A stretch of DNA of 64,000 nucleotides from Phoronis australis. Its lineage: Eukaryota; Animalia; Phoronida. The stretch lies in the NCBI GenBank assembly GCA_002633005.1, contig NMRA01000402.1, positions 211,540-275,539 of the forward strand, given 5' to 3'. Shown in pieces: positions 48,740 through 62,545 of this stretch (the stretch's first letter is position 1; each line of letters begins with the position of its first letter). The notes below the pieces were generated by a model that had not been told where the DNA came from, did no database searches, and worked only from the letters and a program-made list of their open reading frames with translations. Position numbers and translations under genes: made by a program.

Positions 48740-51725
48740 TTAAGGGTTGAGATTTATCAAAGGTTACCCGACGCTACATTTGAATTATTTTACTGAGACG
48801 GCATTTTGTTGTACGTTATTCTCATCGATAATTAAAGAATTGTGAGTATACACCTGGCTCATCGTAATTTGTGCTATGAAATCATGTATCAAAAATTGAG
48901 TGTCTGCTGCAGTTATCACCACTAACGTTCATAATATCAACTAACTACATTTTACAACTTATAAAAACATACGTATATAAGCATTACCATACAGCAATTA
49001 TATGAATCGAAATATACACATACATACATAATATATATGCATGCTGCAGTACTTTTATTAAGTTCTACATACACAGAATCCGTGTAAACGATCACCCTCC
49101 TCATGCGAGCGCTAGCGGTCAGCGCACAAATGACTTGCCTCAGAATAACCGTCTCGCAAAGCATACAACTCCCCCACGTGAAAATGCATGACTCTATGTT
49201 ACCTTAAACTGGAGGTTCATAAACGTTCAGTACTTCCGTTTTTTCCAATAGGCACACTACACTCAAATGGAGTCCTTACCTCTCGTCATTATCCAGAATC
49301 TGAAAAAAAACAAAAGAAAAATCTTAACATTACCAAATTTAAGGCACCACTCATGATATTTGAAACTTAAATATGTTACGGATTCTTAATTGGTGAATTC
49401 ACATCGGAAAAATACCACCAAATATACCAAATTTGGCAGTATTCTCCCCAAAATTGCCACTTCCCTGCAAGTGCTAGAAAAATCTGATTGCAGATTCAGA
49501 ATGCTCGTTCTCTCTAAATTCTAAAAATGTGGTCATAGTACGCCCCTTATTAGCTGCTTTTTGACAGTTTTGATCTGTTTTGACAGCTACCTAAAATGGT
49601 ACCCGTTTTCTCAGACAGCAGGGGACAGTCACCATTTTGCATTAAAGGCTAAAAACTTGGCATTTCTCATTCGAAAACACACTCAAATAAGTTTCCTGAC
49701 AATTGTTTTCAACACATTCCTCAATCCACCCGCCAAACCTGACACGCCCTCTCTATTTAAATTCTAGGGACTACAAACTGTGGCTGCAGTCTAACTGTTC
49801 AGTGTTACCTCAGGTCTAAGTGCTTTTGTAGCTCACATAAAAATGAACGAGTGGGTCATGTTTGACGGCAGTTTTGTGGACTAAATGGGAAATGATTGTC
49901 ACAAGTGGTATTCAGTAGTTCTTTGAAGTCGTTTTAGGAAATAGAGTCTAAAAATTGGATGGACGTAACAAGGTAAAAACTCATGGCTTTGTTGAATTTC
50001 TTCATCTTGGAGAAACCCAATAGATTGTACTTTTTTCATGTATGGCGTGAGACAGGGTGCAAACAAGGGCTTTCATTCACCCAAACCAGTTGTAGCGTCA
50101 AAATCAGCCACTCGAACTGTGCTCTTTGAGCTCAGAATTCGGAGTCAGTTGATTTCCTGAGTAATCATGGATAGTTTCTGACAGATCCTATGATGTTAAT
50201 CGTGCGGAAATTTTTACCCCTACTCTGACTATGTTGGTCGTTTGTATGATTATCCATGGGCTCCGTGATCCCTGGCAGTCGTGCCGAAAATTGAGAATAG
50301 TACTTCTGGATAGCCCCTTCAATGGATGTCCCACAATATAGGAAACACAAAATAATAATACTGATAGCTATATGTACCCCAACATCAATTAATCTCAAAC
50401 CCCTGGTTAACAAGCAACTCAGCTGCTTCCTGCATGAACCAGAAATACAAAGCATTACTGTATGAACGTCCATTTTATGAGAGCACAAAGAAGCTATACC
50501 GATGTCATGGGCGGGAGTTGTATGTCTTGCGTCCGCTCTTGACTGACTTCGCCGGTTCTCAATGACCACTTTCAGCGAAAAAAGCGGTCGACGCTATGCC
50601 AGTTAAGTGCATTCCGGGCGCATTAACGAAGGCATGAAAATATGTTTGGTCAAATATGATTCATGACTTCACACTTGGAACCACCCAGATTCACACAAGA
50701 AAAATTACGAAGGCAATGAATCGATCATTACCAGTAGTTATGCGTTAGCCATTGGAAATTTGACAAGCGACTGAAGTTGTATTTGCAATCTATAAATGAG
50801 CACTGGATTTCTGTCCTACGACCATTAAAACGTTTCCCAAAGTGTCATTTTCTGCCAGTGAGTATTTATGCAGGCAGCATTCCTTATAAATTTTATTTTT
50901 TTCTGATCTGAGTCTCATAATAGTAGTTGTTTCATTAATATTCACTTAAACAATAATGCTTGAATAATATTTTTGAAAGCAATAAGGGTCAATCATCAAT
51001 TACCAGAAATAATGCATTTATAATGATTCACCTAAATAATTATGAAGAAAGACCGCCCTTTGTCCCATCTACAATAACAAAACGGAAAACAAAGTGACAC
51101 TGCATCACCATGAACAATGTGTTTTCATTAAATTAAATTCAACAACATGTAGAGGACTGGGGACTTGAAAAGCAATTAAGCTAGACAAGGATTTGAGGGC
51201 ACTGCACAACCCTGCTTTATACAATGTATGAACCATGTACCAAAGAATATAATCAACCCTCTTAACGCAGAAACTCTCGAAGAGAGGTTGCAATCAAGTG
51301 AATGGTCCATCCCAATGCCCCGTAAGCTTTCCCAACACTGAATTCACCGTCTTGGGAGTAGTTTCAGCGAGCCGAAACGTTGATTCAGTTTTCAAAATGT
51401 GAAAATCCCGGCAGCCATATTTCCAAGTCGCCGTCTACACCAAAACACACGAAAATTGCGTAAACCTATTCAACAGAAATTTACAGATATCTTACCATAC
51501 AAGCAAACGCTCTCACTCAAATACACAAAAATGAAGTGGACAATGCCACTTCGATTATGCTCGTGCTGTTTCGTGTGGTCACGCCCACGTTTTCAGTTAG
51601 TGGGCATGCGCTTTCGGAGTGTGAACGGACTATTGCAAAGCTCAAGTTAAAAGCATTACAACCAATTGCATGATTCAATCGATCGCCTTGTGGATGTCTT
51701 TCGTAGCATATTAACACATACTGTA

Positions 51726-53184
51726 TAGGTGGTGGGCCAGGATTTGTAGGGCTTCTAGAAAATGATTTTTGTGAATACTTTAGGGGAGCAATTTTATTTT
51801 GGTGTTTTTAAATTCATTTACTAGAGTGTTTTCAAAATCTAAAAAGTTCCCGCATTTAAGTTGCACATTTCTGAAAATTTTAGTTTAAAGTTACATAATA
51901 ATCACCAAAGAGCTTATTGAACTTATATTTGTAAAAACAACAGTTTTGCCATCTTTTTTGTAAAACAAGAAATATGGTCCAATCAATGTCATTTTATTGA
52001 ACAATAATAAACTCACATTACATGTTCATTATTGTAGAGTAATTGTAAACAGTAAAATTTAAAAATTTTAAAGTGACAACGAGTGTCAGAAATACCAGCT
52101 AAGTCTGAATGTTACTAGGAGGTTATTCTGCATAACACAGAACACTTGAGACTGGACAAAATGTGTGCCTCAATGACTGAACTATTGGCTAATGGTGTAA
52201 AATATATCTTGTTTGCATAACACACCAGAAATATGTTATACAAAAACAATATAGTTGAATGATTTCTGTGAGTGTGCACACAAGACTATGAAAATAATAA
52301 ATTATTCTGACAGTGTTTAGCAAGCAGTGTGAGACAAACACATGACAATGATCAAAATATGTACTTTATATTACTAAATCAACAAATACAATTCACAGCT
52401 CACAATTCTTAATAGAAAAATAAAACGAAATAACGAGGTTGGAGACGTTTGCGGTCTATTTACGGTGGACTTGTCAAAGAACTATCCAATGCTATGCAGT
52501 CAGTGTTGCTGATGTTCCTACAATTGTCATTTTTGAACAGTTTGACCCAGAATTGTGGCACAAACTCAGTTTCCCTGCACACTTGTTCTTTTTGCACTTG
52601 CAGCGTACATCGTTTAATACTGCCAATGGAGCTGTGGGCATTGCCATCCATTTTAACTGCAAAGCTCCACCGCTAAGGAGCCAAATATGGCCGATAAGAG
52701 AGGGTACAGCACTGCACACTAGTCAAGCACTGAGTCCTTGTTTGGAGGCAGGCAGGATTCGGCCAAATGTTTGATTCAAAATATGTTATAATGGGCTGTG
52801 TTAATTAGTATCAGCAAGTGAATTATTGAACATTAGCCTTAATTCACTTTCGTCTCTCTTAGTTGGGCACAAACTGCATCAATGAGTACCTTCAAGACTT
52901 GTTTCATAAGACTGCTGTCCAAATAACTTCATGCACACCAGCTTTCTGAAGGACAGTTTCAAAATCGTGCTTTAGTTTTGAAAAGGAAATGACACCACGT
53001 GTTAGAAGCTTTGATTCAATGAACTCCAAACAAAACTGTAGAAACACACCTCTGAAAACTATGGATTCTTCAGTTTTCACAATCTTTGCCTTTCTATTTT
53101 TATAGCATGATGATCTGTGGTACTTCGCTTCTTAAGCCACAAGGTATTTACCTTTGAATTTCATTTGCATATTCAAGTCTCTGG
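51726..53184 (-). mobile_element. Partial inverted copy of the 3152-6309 Academ-type element (right end)
   Basis: Reverse complement of about 4812-6309, including terminus TAGGTGGTGGGCCAG and the CXC relic (ORF 52492-52719). Confidence 0.85.
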
Positions 53185-54278
53185 TTTGTGGACTTGTGGA
53201 AACACCGATTGTAATTTCTAATCATGCTGTTTTAGTCTTATAACTAAGTCAATTTTCGGTTTTAATACAAATCGAGAGTGAGCTTGACGTTGAATTCTCA
53301 ATATCATCGAAAATAAATAGGGATCTTTTCATGCAACGCCCCTAACTTAAGGACTAATTCCCCATTTATTTTCATTGAATTCGGGGCTCAGTTTTTAGTT
53401 ATGTTATTAGAAAAATTCAGTTGTCATGAAGGAACTCAAAATAAAGGTGAAATGATAGAAAAAGATTACATCTGTGAGTAAACAAAGACCCAGATAGGCA
53501 AAAGATTTAGGGAAATTAGTCGAGTCCCTGTTTGGTACTGTTTCATGCAACCGGGAACAGGGGCTCGTTTCTGAATGCTTAAGTCCACACATTTGTCTAT
53601 GTTAAGTCCAAAATTCGGGCAAAGTTAAGATCGAAGGCGAAAAATTTGAAAAAGAATCATTAACACAAGGTCGGTTTTTCGGTCTTTTTACTTAAGTCGG
53701 TTTTCGAAGGGGATCTAACAACAATTTCGCCACCTTTTGCGAATTTACAAAACTGATCGAGGAGTTGTGTGCTTATTGCTTTAAAAGGATGTTGTGCTGT
53801 TTACCACAAAAATGAAACACAGACAGAGAACCCACTCCAGAAATTTTGACAAAATAAAGCGCTGGTCCTACATGTAAGTTTATAAGGAACTCAAAGTAAT
53901 CATCTGGAGTAAATGCTGCTACCTTACCAAACACTGACTTTTTCTAGAAGACAACTGCATACATGTAAGATCTCAAATTCAAGTCTTCAAACACGTGGTA
54001 GCAAGAAATACAAACTCAAGATTTGCTGCCGAGGAGAATGGTAGCTCCAACTGAAGATATCGAAATTTCAGTATTTTTTATCTAAGCAGCCCTCATAGAC
54101 GGCCTCATTTCCTCTTCTCAAGAGAGACGAGTGTAGTGTAGAGTCAATGACGTGTCTTTTTGTTGGTCCACCCGTACCATTTATTACACGCATGATCAGT
54201 TGTTTATTGTGCAAACACAAATCCGCGCTAGTAATTGATGTCATAAGTGCCTACGCCTCATGTGTGCCTAATGTGTGC

Positions 54279-54286
54279 TATAAAAA
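54279..54286 (+). promoter_or_regulatory. TATA box, collagen paralogue 2
   Basis: TATAAAAA 50 nt before the ATG at 54329. Confidence 0.65.
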
Positions 54287-54328
54287 CTACTTTACTAAGC
54301 ACAGCCTGGAATATCGCGACAATACGCA

Positions 54329-57300
54329 ATGTCATTCGTACACGTTAGCATCGTGCTGTTCGCCTGCTTCTGGGCTGTCGAATCCAGTCCTCTGTCAACT
54401 GAAGAAAGAAACAATCTGAAGATGGCGTTGAAAGACGTCATAATCAAGATAGACGCTCTAGAAGCAAGAATTGGGGTCCTTCATAAGAGAGACGAGGTAA
54501 CGGTTCTGTTGACGTATCTCCAGCTGTCATTAATCAGCACTGTGAAAGGGATATGGCATGAATGGTTTATTTTTTATCTATCACAAAGTGCCACGATGTG
54601 CTAATAGATTGAATGCATTTCAGAGTTCCGCTGGCGCTTCTCAACGATCTGCGCGTGCTGCAGTGAATTGTAAGTATGGTCTTATTGAAAAACAGCCACT
54701 TGCTTTTGCATTACATACTGAATTTTTTACATTTAATCTTAACGCCCATAGATCTTGTACTATGCACTCAAAAATCTGTTCAAATTTGCGGCCTGTCTTT
54801 TCCTGCTTCAAGACTAATAGGATATTCAGCAAAAGTGCGCTACATTTGTTCAATTCAATGTCACTGTGTAACCATGTACTGTTTAAAAATACCGTGTGGT
54901 GACAAATGTTGCTATAATGGTCTATGGTATTGCTGTACAGGGGCGGATCCAGGATTTTGAGATAGGGGGGCCAGGGCAGAGTATTAGCCAGGGTTTTACC
55001 CGTCAGACATTCGCACCCCCGAACTGCCAAATGGAACCTGTGGGAATTTTAGGGGGACCATGGCCCTCTTGCCTCCCCCTCTAAATCCGCCACTGTTCTA
55101 GGCCCTTTGGACACAAACAGTGAAAAACCCGCCACCGCCATAAGTTGATTTTGGGATGAGGCGAACATTTTTATGAGCATGAAATTTAAAGGACGCATTT
55201 GCTTGCATGAGGTCCTTTACAACAGGCTCTTTTTTGAGACAACGTCAGACTATCGGCTGGAAACAGTGACAGAATGTTGTCTTTCAGGTGCAACAGCCCC
55301 AGTTGAAACGCCTTGTGAACTTCCCACTCAGGCCTTCTGCGGTTGTAACAAATGTCCCGCAGGCCCACCCGGCAAGGAAGGTAGTGCCGGAGAGACGGGA
55401 CCGGCTGGACCCGAGGGCCAACCAGGGGTTACTCCCGAGGAAATAGAGAAGGCATTGACGAACGTAGTGAGCGGCATTAAGATAGGTACACTAAGGCAGT
55501 GCTGACCGTAACAGCCCTGTAGTAGTCTGATAGGTGCCATTTGGAAGTTGTTTCACGAAGCCGTTATGTGAATGACGGTAGCCTTTAAGGAGCTTACAGT
55601 TATTAACGAGATAACATTAATTACATAACACAAAATACATAAAAACAAAAACCGAGTAAGAAATACATGTATTACAATGATACAAATGTCAAATATAAAT
55701 AATCTTATAGATGAGAAACACTGATTAATGACTGGTAATACAATGAATAGTTGAGCGTCTTTTGCGTACAAAGGAGTCTACAATTTAACAAAAAAAAATG
55801 TTTAACATTTATTCAGTCATTCTTACATATATTATAAACAAACGGTAGAATGCAACTGGGACAAATACGGACAATGTCAATATCATGTGATTTTCCAGTC
55901 ACCTTTGGCCACAAAATATTTCCAGTCTTCGGCAGACAAAAGTATCATAGATTTCTCAAGTTTGTAATATTCAAATATTTGTGTTTTTTGGAAATTGAAA
56001 CAGGGCATTTGGCAAATCTCTGGCGGTATATGTGATTCTTACATAAGGTTATAATTAAGTCCAAAATTTTGGTCCTGTGAATGTGCCGAAAATAATGTCC
56101 TCAATACATAAAGACATATTAATTCTTTGAATTATCCAATAAAATATATACTTATAGGGAGGACCAAAAAGATTGCAAACATTTACGCCACCAACCCAAA
56201 CGAAGAATTTTCTCGTGTTCTTCCCCTCAAAAACTGCACATACATTATGTGAAACGGCCACTCCAATTTGCAAGAAAAAAGTGTTAGTGTTAAGGATTCT
56301 ATGTGTCAAAGGAGTTTGAAACCACTTTAATTTTGAATCATTCCTTAAGTTAATAGCACGACCGTGGCCTTTCTTCCACCACTCGTCAGTAGCCAACGAA
56401 GTACTTAAACTGTCTCCCTTTTATCAAATTTTGAATTTTTGAACAATTGGTTAACCAAAGCCTTGTTAACAAATTCTCCAGTCCTCGGCGAAATTGAGAT
56501 ACGTGAAAGTATTTGCTGGATGCTCTGAAAAGTAACTTTTATTTTTTCTTACTTTAAGATATTCGTGTAATTTTATCCTCAAGCCGTGAAATTCCGTGAA
56601 ATGTGGAGAAAAGCCGCGTACTCTAAAGAATTGATCATACGTCATCAGGTCTCCTTGTAAGCCTAAAACGTCATAAGCATACACACAGTTATGGTCATGC
56701 CACTTTCCATAATACAAGTACATGTATCTATTGCCTACAAAAAGCTTGGAATTGCACCATAATAAAGATCTCACTTCTTTAACAATAACACTGTAACACT
56801 CTTATATAGACTGCACGAACCAGCGAATTCATTTCAGTTTCAGTAATATAAAGCTGGCCAGTATTATACAACAGTGGATCGCTTTATTTATAATTCGAGA
56901 GATTTCTTCCACGCGGAGGCACGGTAGTGTTTCAAATGCATTGTGGCTCTGTTGTCGATTTGTATCTAGCAGATGTTTTTACAAACTCAAGACAGTTCAA
57001 TATTTCAGTGCTCATATCACACTGCTGGCCAACTCTTTCTTCGCTGGCAACGTCACTGTATCTATCTCCATTGGTCGTTAAAGTGATCTGTGCACCCTGG
57101 GAGCATCAGCAAACACTAAAAACAGTCGAGCTGATCACGACTTTTTTATGATCACTTTCGCTAGAAATTCGCTGAGAATGGTTATGAAATCACATCCAAC
57201 AGAACGTAAAACTGCTGTGCAGATCGATCAGTAAAGTACTCAATTATTACACTTGTTTGACTTTGCCGGTTTCGCATGGTCAACCGGCTAAGGCATCGGA

Positions 57301-58948
57301 TTGGTTCGCGATTACGACTTGCGGCTTAAAGACCAATCATATGTCTTTGCCGATTAACCAGGCGAAACCCGCGAAGATAGTCACGTGCAAAAAATGTCGA
57401 CGTTTATTGTAGAGGTGTCGCATCCTTTTGATGATTACTACTTCGCACATCGCCACGAGAATGGTGCCGTTTTTGTGCGCTGGGGACGATCCGTTTGCCC
57501 TGATTCTTCGCAGCTTATTTACGACGGTAGGTACACTTATCAAAATGGAACACCATTTATAAAATCAACACAGACGGGTGTGAGAAGGCCTAGAAAATGG
57601 TGGGTGCAGGGAGTAAGCGAGGGTAAGGGGAAGCACTTCAAGAAACCTTTGTTTCATTGGTAAAGGAACGAACTGTGGACGACATTACCGGTTAACAATT
57701 TAACCCTTCCATTTATATAGGCTCTCCCAAACACAAGCTGATCCAGTTTAAGAGGATATTTAGGACAAAATCGGAGAGTCGATATTATCCAAAATCAAAC
57801 CGTTGTTGCTGCCATAAATGAAGCAGAAGGCATTGTTTTGGTTATTGTTTGAAGTAAAAGTTGTTGGCGTGCTTATTTCCATTTTTTTATTAATAGTATC
57901 ATGGAAATTAATCTGCTTTCGAATCAAAATACATCATTTTTGCAATAATTTAGACCGAAATTGCTGCAACATACCGTTAGTTTTATTTTTCAAATTATAC
58001 AGGAGAAAATTTCAAAGTTGATATAACTTTATATTAGTCGTGATATTTCGGAGATTTCGTAAACGTTTATCATAATTCTGACACATTTCATTTCCAATAA
58101 CCAAGCCGGAAATGGCTAAAGCGATCAGCGCCATATTGAGGCTTGAGGACGAGGCTAGGGAAGGGCACGTTCGAATGAGAGAAAAATTGTCGGCATTGTC
58201 AAAAAGATTGCCACAAGATGACCTCAGGCAGTGTGTTTACGTATGTTTCCAAGTCACCACGGAAGTTGTCACGAGTGTGAGGTGTAGGTACATGTATGAC
58301 TTTGGTGGACTAAACTTGAGAAGGATGAGTAGAGAATTTTGATGAAAGATGAATATGGGGACACATTGGTAGAAGCAGTATGGAAAAATGAAGACAAATA
58401 TTTCTTTTCTGTAGAATATTTATTTAGTTAAACCATGACAATTTTCTTTAACAGGCCATGTTGCTGGAGCTCACTACACTCACGCAGGCGGAGGAAAGGA
58501 TAAAATCTGTTTGCCAAAAGATCCGATGTACGGGAAAAAATTGGAAGGTTTCCAATCAGCGGGATATATTTACGGAACTGAATACGAAGTATCGGGCTTC
58601 AACCCATTCTCCGACAAAAACACGGAAGGTCAGAATCTCCACGACGCTAATGCTGTCTGCGCCGTTTGTCTCGCGGTTTCTCGCTCAAGTCAAGTGATGA
58701 TCCCAGGACGCATGGAATGTCCAAACGGCTGGGTTCAAGAGTACCAGGGTTACCTGATGTCAGAGCAGATTGGACACCAGAGAAGTAGTTACAACTGCGT
58801 GGATAATGCTCCTGAAGTACACAAATCAACATACGGTAATCAAAATGGGGCTCTCTGGTACCTCGTTGAAACCACATGCGGAGGTGTATTGCCATGTAAT
58901 CCGTTTGTGTCGGGCGCAGAACTCACGTGTACCGTATGTACAAAGTGA
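54329..58948 (+). CDS. Short-chain collagen C4 / spongin-related secreted protein, paralogue 2 (339 aa)
   Basis: Exons 54329-54496 (signal peptide + coiled-coil, 56 codons as in paralogue 1), 54624-54669 (RSAR), 55288-55485 (CGCNKCPA then 8 Gly-X-Y), 57413-57526 (GAVFVRWGRSVC), 58455-58948 (C-terminal Cys-rich domain ending CTVCTK*). Intron phases identical to paralogue 1; AATAAA at 58975. Confidence 0.9.
54938..55095. mobile_element. CAGGGGCGGATCCAGGATT MITE in intron 2 of collagen paralogue 2
   Basis: IR CAG(G/T)GGCGGAT at both ends. Confidence 0.6.
55590..56790 (-). mobile_element. 3' fragment of L1/Tx1-clade LINE
   Basis: LLWCNSKL, DSKLKWFQ..LTHRILNTNTFFLQIG, C-terminal KNHIYRQR-like relic; frameshifted. 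Confidence 0.65.
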
Positions 58949-59046
58949 GTGCCCTGAAATTTCTGTATCAGCTAAATAAACGGCTACTAATACAGCAGTA
59001 ATAAAAGCACAACTGCTTTTTCGTGACTACTTTCGCAATGACACAT

Positions 59047-61230
59047 CAGGGCCGGGCGGAAGAAAAACATCGAGTGGTCCTAAGTTTTGAATTTCTCCCT
59101 ATCACCACCACTTGCACCCACTGGTCGCGCCTCCCGCCTCTAGCCACCGGATTTTTCTGTTTGTGAGGGGTCAACTTGGCTACCTGTATTTCAACGAGAT
59201 TTTACGAGAAAGGGTGACTCTTGCAACTGCATAAGTAACACGCGTTCAAACGTTCATGGTGGTAGTTTGACTGTAAGGGAGGCATTTTTATGAAACATAT
59301 GTACACTTCATCATGGTACCGGTAAGGTGTACTGACAAAATCACATCTTTGAGACCATAAAGGTAATTTTATGACCGCGGGCTTCGAAATACAGAAAAAG
59401 AAAGGGGAGGAGTAGCCAGCCAGCTGGCTGTATCAAGACTATCGTCAAAATATATATATTTAGTACACAGCTTTGTACCAAGGCTAGGGGAGGAGTAGTA
59501 TCATGTGAGGATTTAGTAAACACAGGACAACATTACTGGGTTATGCCCTCCTGGAAGACGGTCTCGGAAACTTCTGTTAAAATTAAATTGTTTTGTATTG
59601 TATTGTATTTCGGATAGCGAGAATTAGGCCTAAGCTGACGATTCAGTTCATTAGGGACCTGCTCGTTAGAACAGGGTCATAACTAGCACAGAACACAGAG
59701 GGACAAATTAATGCTCCCCCAATAATTTGTTGGCATCAGTGTGAAATTGTGGCGACCGGTATACATGTAGGCTTAGGGTTGAGGCAGTCGGGAAATGAAT
59801 CAGGGCACAGCGAAACATGCACACGCACATGCAGAAGAGAGAAGCTTTTCTAGAAAGAACATTTTCACTATTACCAGTGATGGATTTACCTTTTTTGTCC
59901 TCTTGCCAGGCCATGTTTTGGTAGAGAGTGTCATTTTTTGCAGTGTGAATCGTCTACATGTACTTCTACAGTCCGAAAAATAAGTGGTGTACACAAATGT
60001 CCATAGCCAGTATATCCAGATTTAAGAGGAGGCAATGTGGCCTGGTTGATAAGTGCCCGCTTTCTTTACTCAAGGTCGCGGGTTCGAGTCCCACCAGGTC
60101 ACACTGCTAAACCCTTGAGCCAGGTTTCTAGCTCTTCAGCTCGGTTTTAACCATATATTAATAAAGCATAAAAATATTTCCAGGTGATCAGTGCAATAGG
60201 CCCACATGCGAGGCCTGCGCACGTCTGGTACAACGTGTATCAGACCACCTGCAACTATTTTTTATATATCCAGATTTACAAATCTAAGAAGATACTACAT
60301 TTCTCTTGGTACTCCTCTCTGGCAAACTAAGGGATAACAAGTCATCCGTCACTCTGTTTTCACGTATTTTGAAATTGCACTTATCATAACGAGCCTCATG
60401 GATAGGGGTCCTGACTGTAGCATCAACATACTTAGGAGTCTAGCCATTGGAGGTGGCCCGTTGATTCATGACCACCGTCTTTTTCTATTTTACATTCATA
60501 CATTTTCTTCCTAAGGGGACGATCACGGAAGGAGCGCCAATTATAGAATCCAATATCTTCCTTTTCAAGTTTTTTTAATTGTACAACCTGTTAAATCAAG
60601 AAAAGTCGCCATACAGCGGATGATTGATTCAACTGCCACTCTTCTCCATTTTTAAACTTTCATTTCAAGGGTCTTTCTTGGAAAAGCAGCCCGGACAATT
60701 GCACTTATGTCAGTGTCCGCTACTCATGTGGAGAAGTAGATGAAATTTCAAATTGGTCGAAGAAACACAGAACATCTTCATGTGAAACACAGCCGCATCA
60801 ACACGTGCGCCTCTAACAACCGAAATGTGAAATTGTATTGAACAAAGCAATACTAGTGACTCACATTGAAAAAAATGGCAGTTTGAACAACCTGAAGATC
60901 AATGTTTTTGAATTACACAAAACGGTGATTTTATAACTTTAAAATATCGAAACTTTTCCCAAAGAATTGTATTACTTTTGAATGTCGTCATTATCAAATC
61001 ATTGTTGATGAAGAGATTTTAACTCATACTACTACTAGAATAAACCAAGTCCAACAGGACAAAGAATTTCTTTTGGGAGGGTACCCCCTAAACCCCGTGG
61101 AATGCCTCGTCTTGCATGCTTTGCCGGTTGGCCCTCAAGTATTTGAGAGAGCATGCTTTGGGAATTGCCTAAACATTCCTTGCAATGAATTAGAAATGAA
61201 AAAGTCTAACTTGTGTCCCTCTACGCTGAA
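59047..61230. mobile_element. Possible diverged relative of the 27821-29166 hAT-like element
   Basis: Starts CAGGGCCGGGCGGAAG; patches 60315-60345 and 60510-60560 resemble 28263-28290 and 28470-28520. Right end not defined. Confidence 0.3.
60028..60265 (+). mobile_element. tRNA-derived SINE
   Basis: A box TGGCCTGGTTG and B box GGTTCGAGTCC, followed by a CCCTTGAGC.AGG core typical of invertebrate SINE2; T-rich tail. Confidence 0.65.
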
Positions 61231-61799
61231 AAGGTGGTTTAGCCAAACGGAGGCGCAATGTGCAAATTTTGCGTCGTTCACGACATATTAGGATATGCCG
61301 CAGCAAACACAAAATGTACGCTGTGTGTCTTTAGTTGTTTTTGGCACCAACACACACACGCGCACATCCACATTCGTACACATATGTGGTAGCATATTGT
61401 CTTCATTCTGTTGTGTCGTTCGGTTGTGTCGGAACACAAGACCGGTGCATGCCAGTTTCCACTGTGCCCCACCTAACAGGGCTAAGGGAGCTGGGCTTTC
61501 TAATATTATTGAGAAGGGTTTCCGAATGTCCATGGACGGTTTTTTTGCTTTATTGAAACATAAGTATGAGACAATGCAATAGTAGTACAAACGATTATCC
61601 CCAAAAACGAATGGTATCTAGGCTAAAATATCATTTTTGCGAAAAAATATTACAATTAGTATTAGAACAGAGAAAATAACGAAGCCAAGCGGAAAACAAA
61701 AAGGAAAACAAAAACAAAAATCTCTACACAGCGTAGTAATAAAATCAATTGCTTACTTTGACATTTAAAACTTAAATTACGAAGAATTTGGAGTAATAT

Positions 61800-62545
61800 A
61801 ACATTACAGTTATACAAGTGATTTTTTCATGGACACATTCCTATGGCAGATTTAAATGAAACTTGACATAGAGGTAAGTGACGTATTGCAACGGCATTAG
61901 TGGAATTTCGAGAATTCAACCACTGCAGCGCGCCCTTGGTCTCGACAAGGGGCTTTTTCAGCTTTACGCTGGGGTAGTTCGGAAAGGTAAGATAATACCT
62001 AGATAACTAATTGACGGAATTCAATAAAACGTGACACAGGGGTACAGCACTAAGCCAGGACCAGTCAAATTTCGGGCGGATTTCGACCACTGCAACACTC
62101 CGTAGTGGCCATTTTGTCTGGTTGACCAATTGTCTGCCCAATGTTTCAAAATCTTTTTTGTGGTGAAATTTGGTACACGTGTGTCAGACATTACTAGGGC
62201 GATAACATTTAACCTGTAATTTCCCAGACGACAGTGTTTTTGGGAAAAGTGTTTCTCGATGATATCCATAGACATATGTGATGGCAACGCTCCCGCACAA
62301 GTTAATGTTTGGTGGAATTTGACCTACTGCAGCGCACTTTTTAGTATTTTTGGATATCTAGAAATTAAAGCAGGTGTAATTTAACACACATAATGGGTGT
62401 TACGGCAATGCGCTGGTAACGATATGTATTTTCGGGCAGATTTGACTACTGCAGCGTACCCTAGTGGATGTTCCATTTTGGAGATGATGCCAGATACACA
62501 TCACACCGTGGGCGCGGATCAAAGCTCCGCGTTGCTCTTTTTGTT
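61800..62545 (+). mobile_element. Helentron-like non-autonomous repeat with internal tandem subrepeats
   Basis: Four copies of ATT(T/C)..(C/T)ACTGCA(G/A)C motif at about 61914, 62080, 62317 and 62440; 3' hairpin CGCGGA..TCCGCG followed by a T-run. Confidence 0.4.

Noticed and set aside
50165-50569. 134-aa minus-strand ORF
   Set aside because: No recognisable motif, splice context or start; probably decayed TE sequence.
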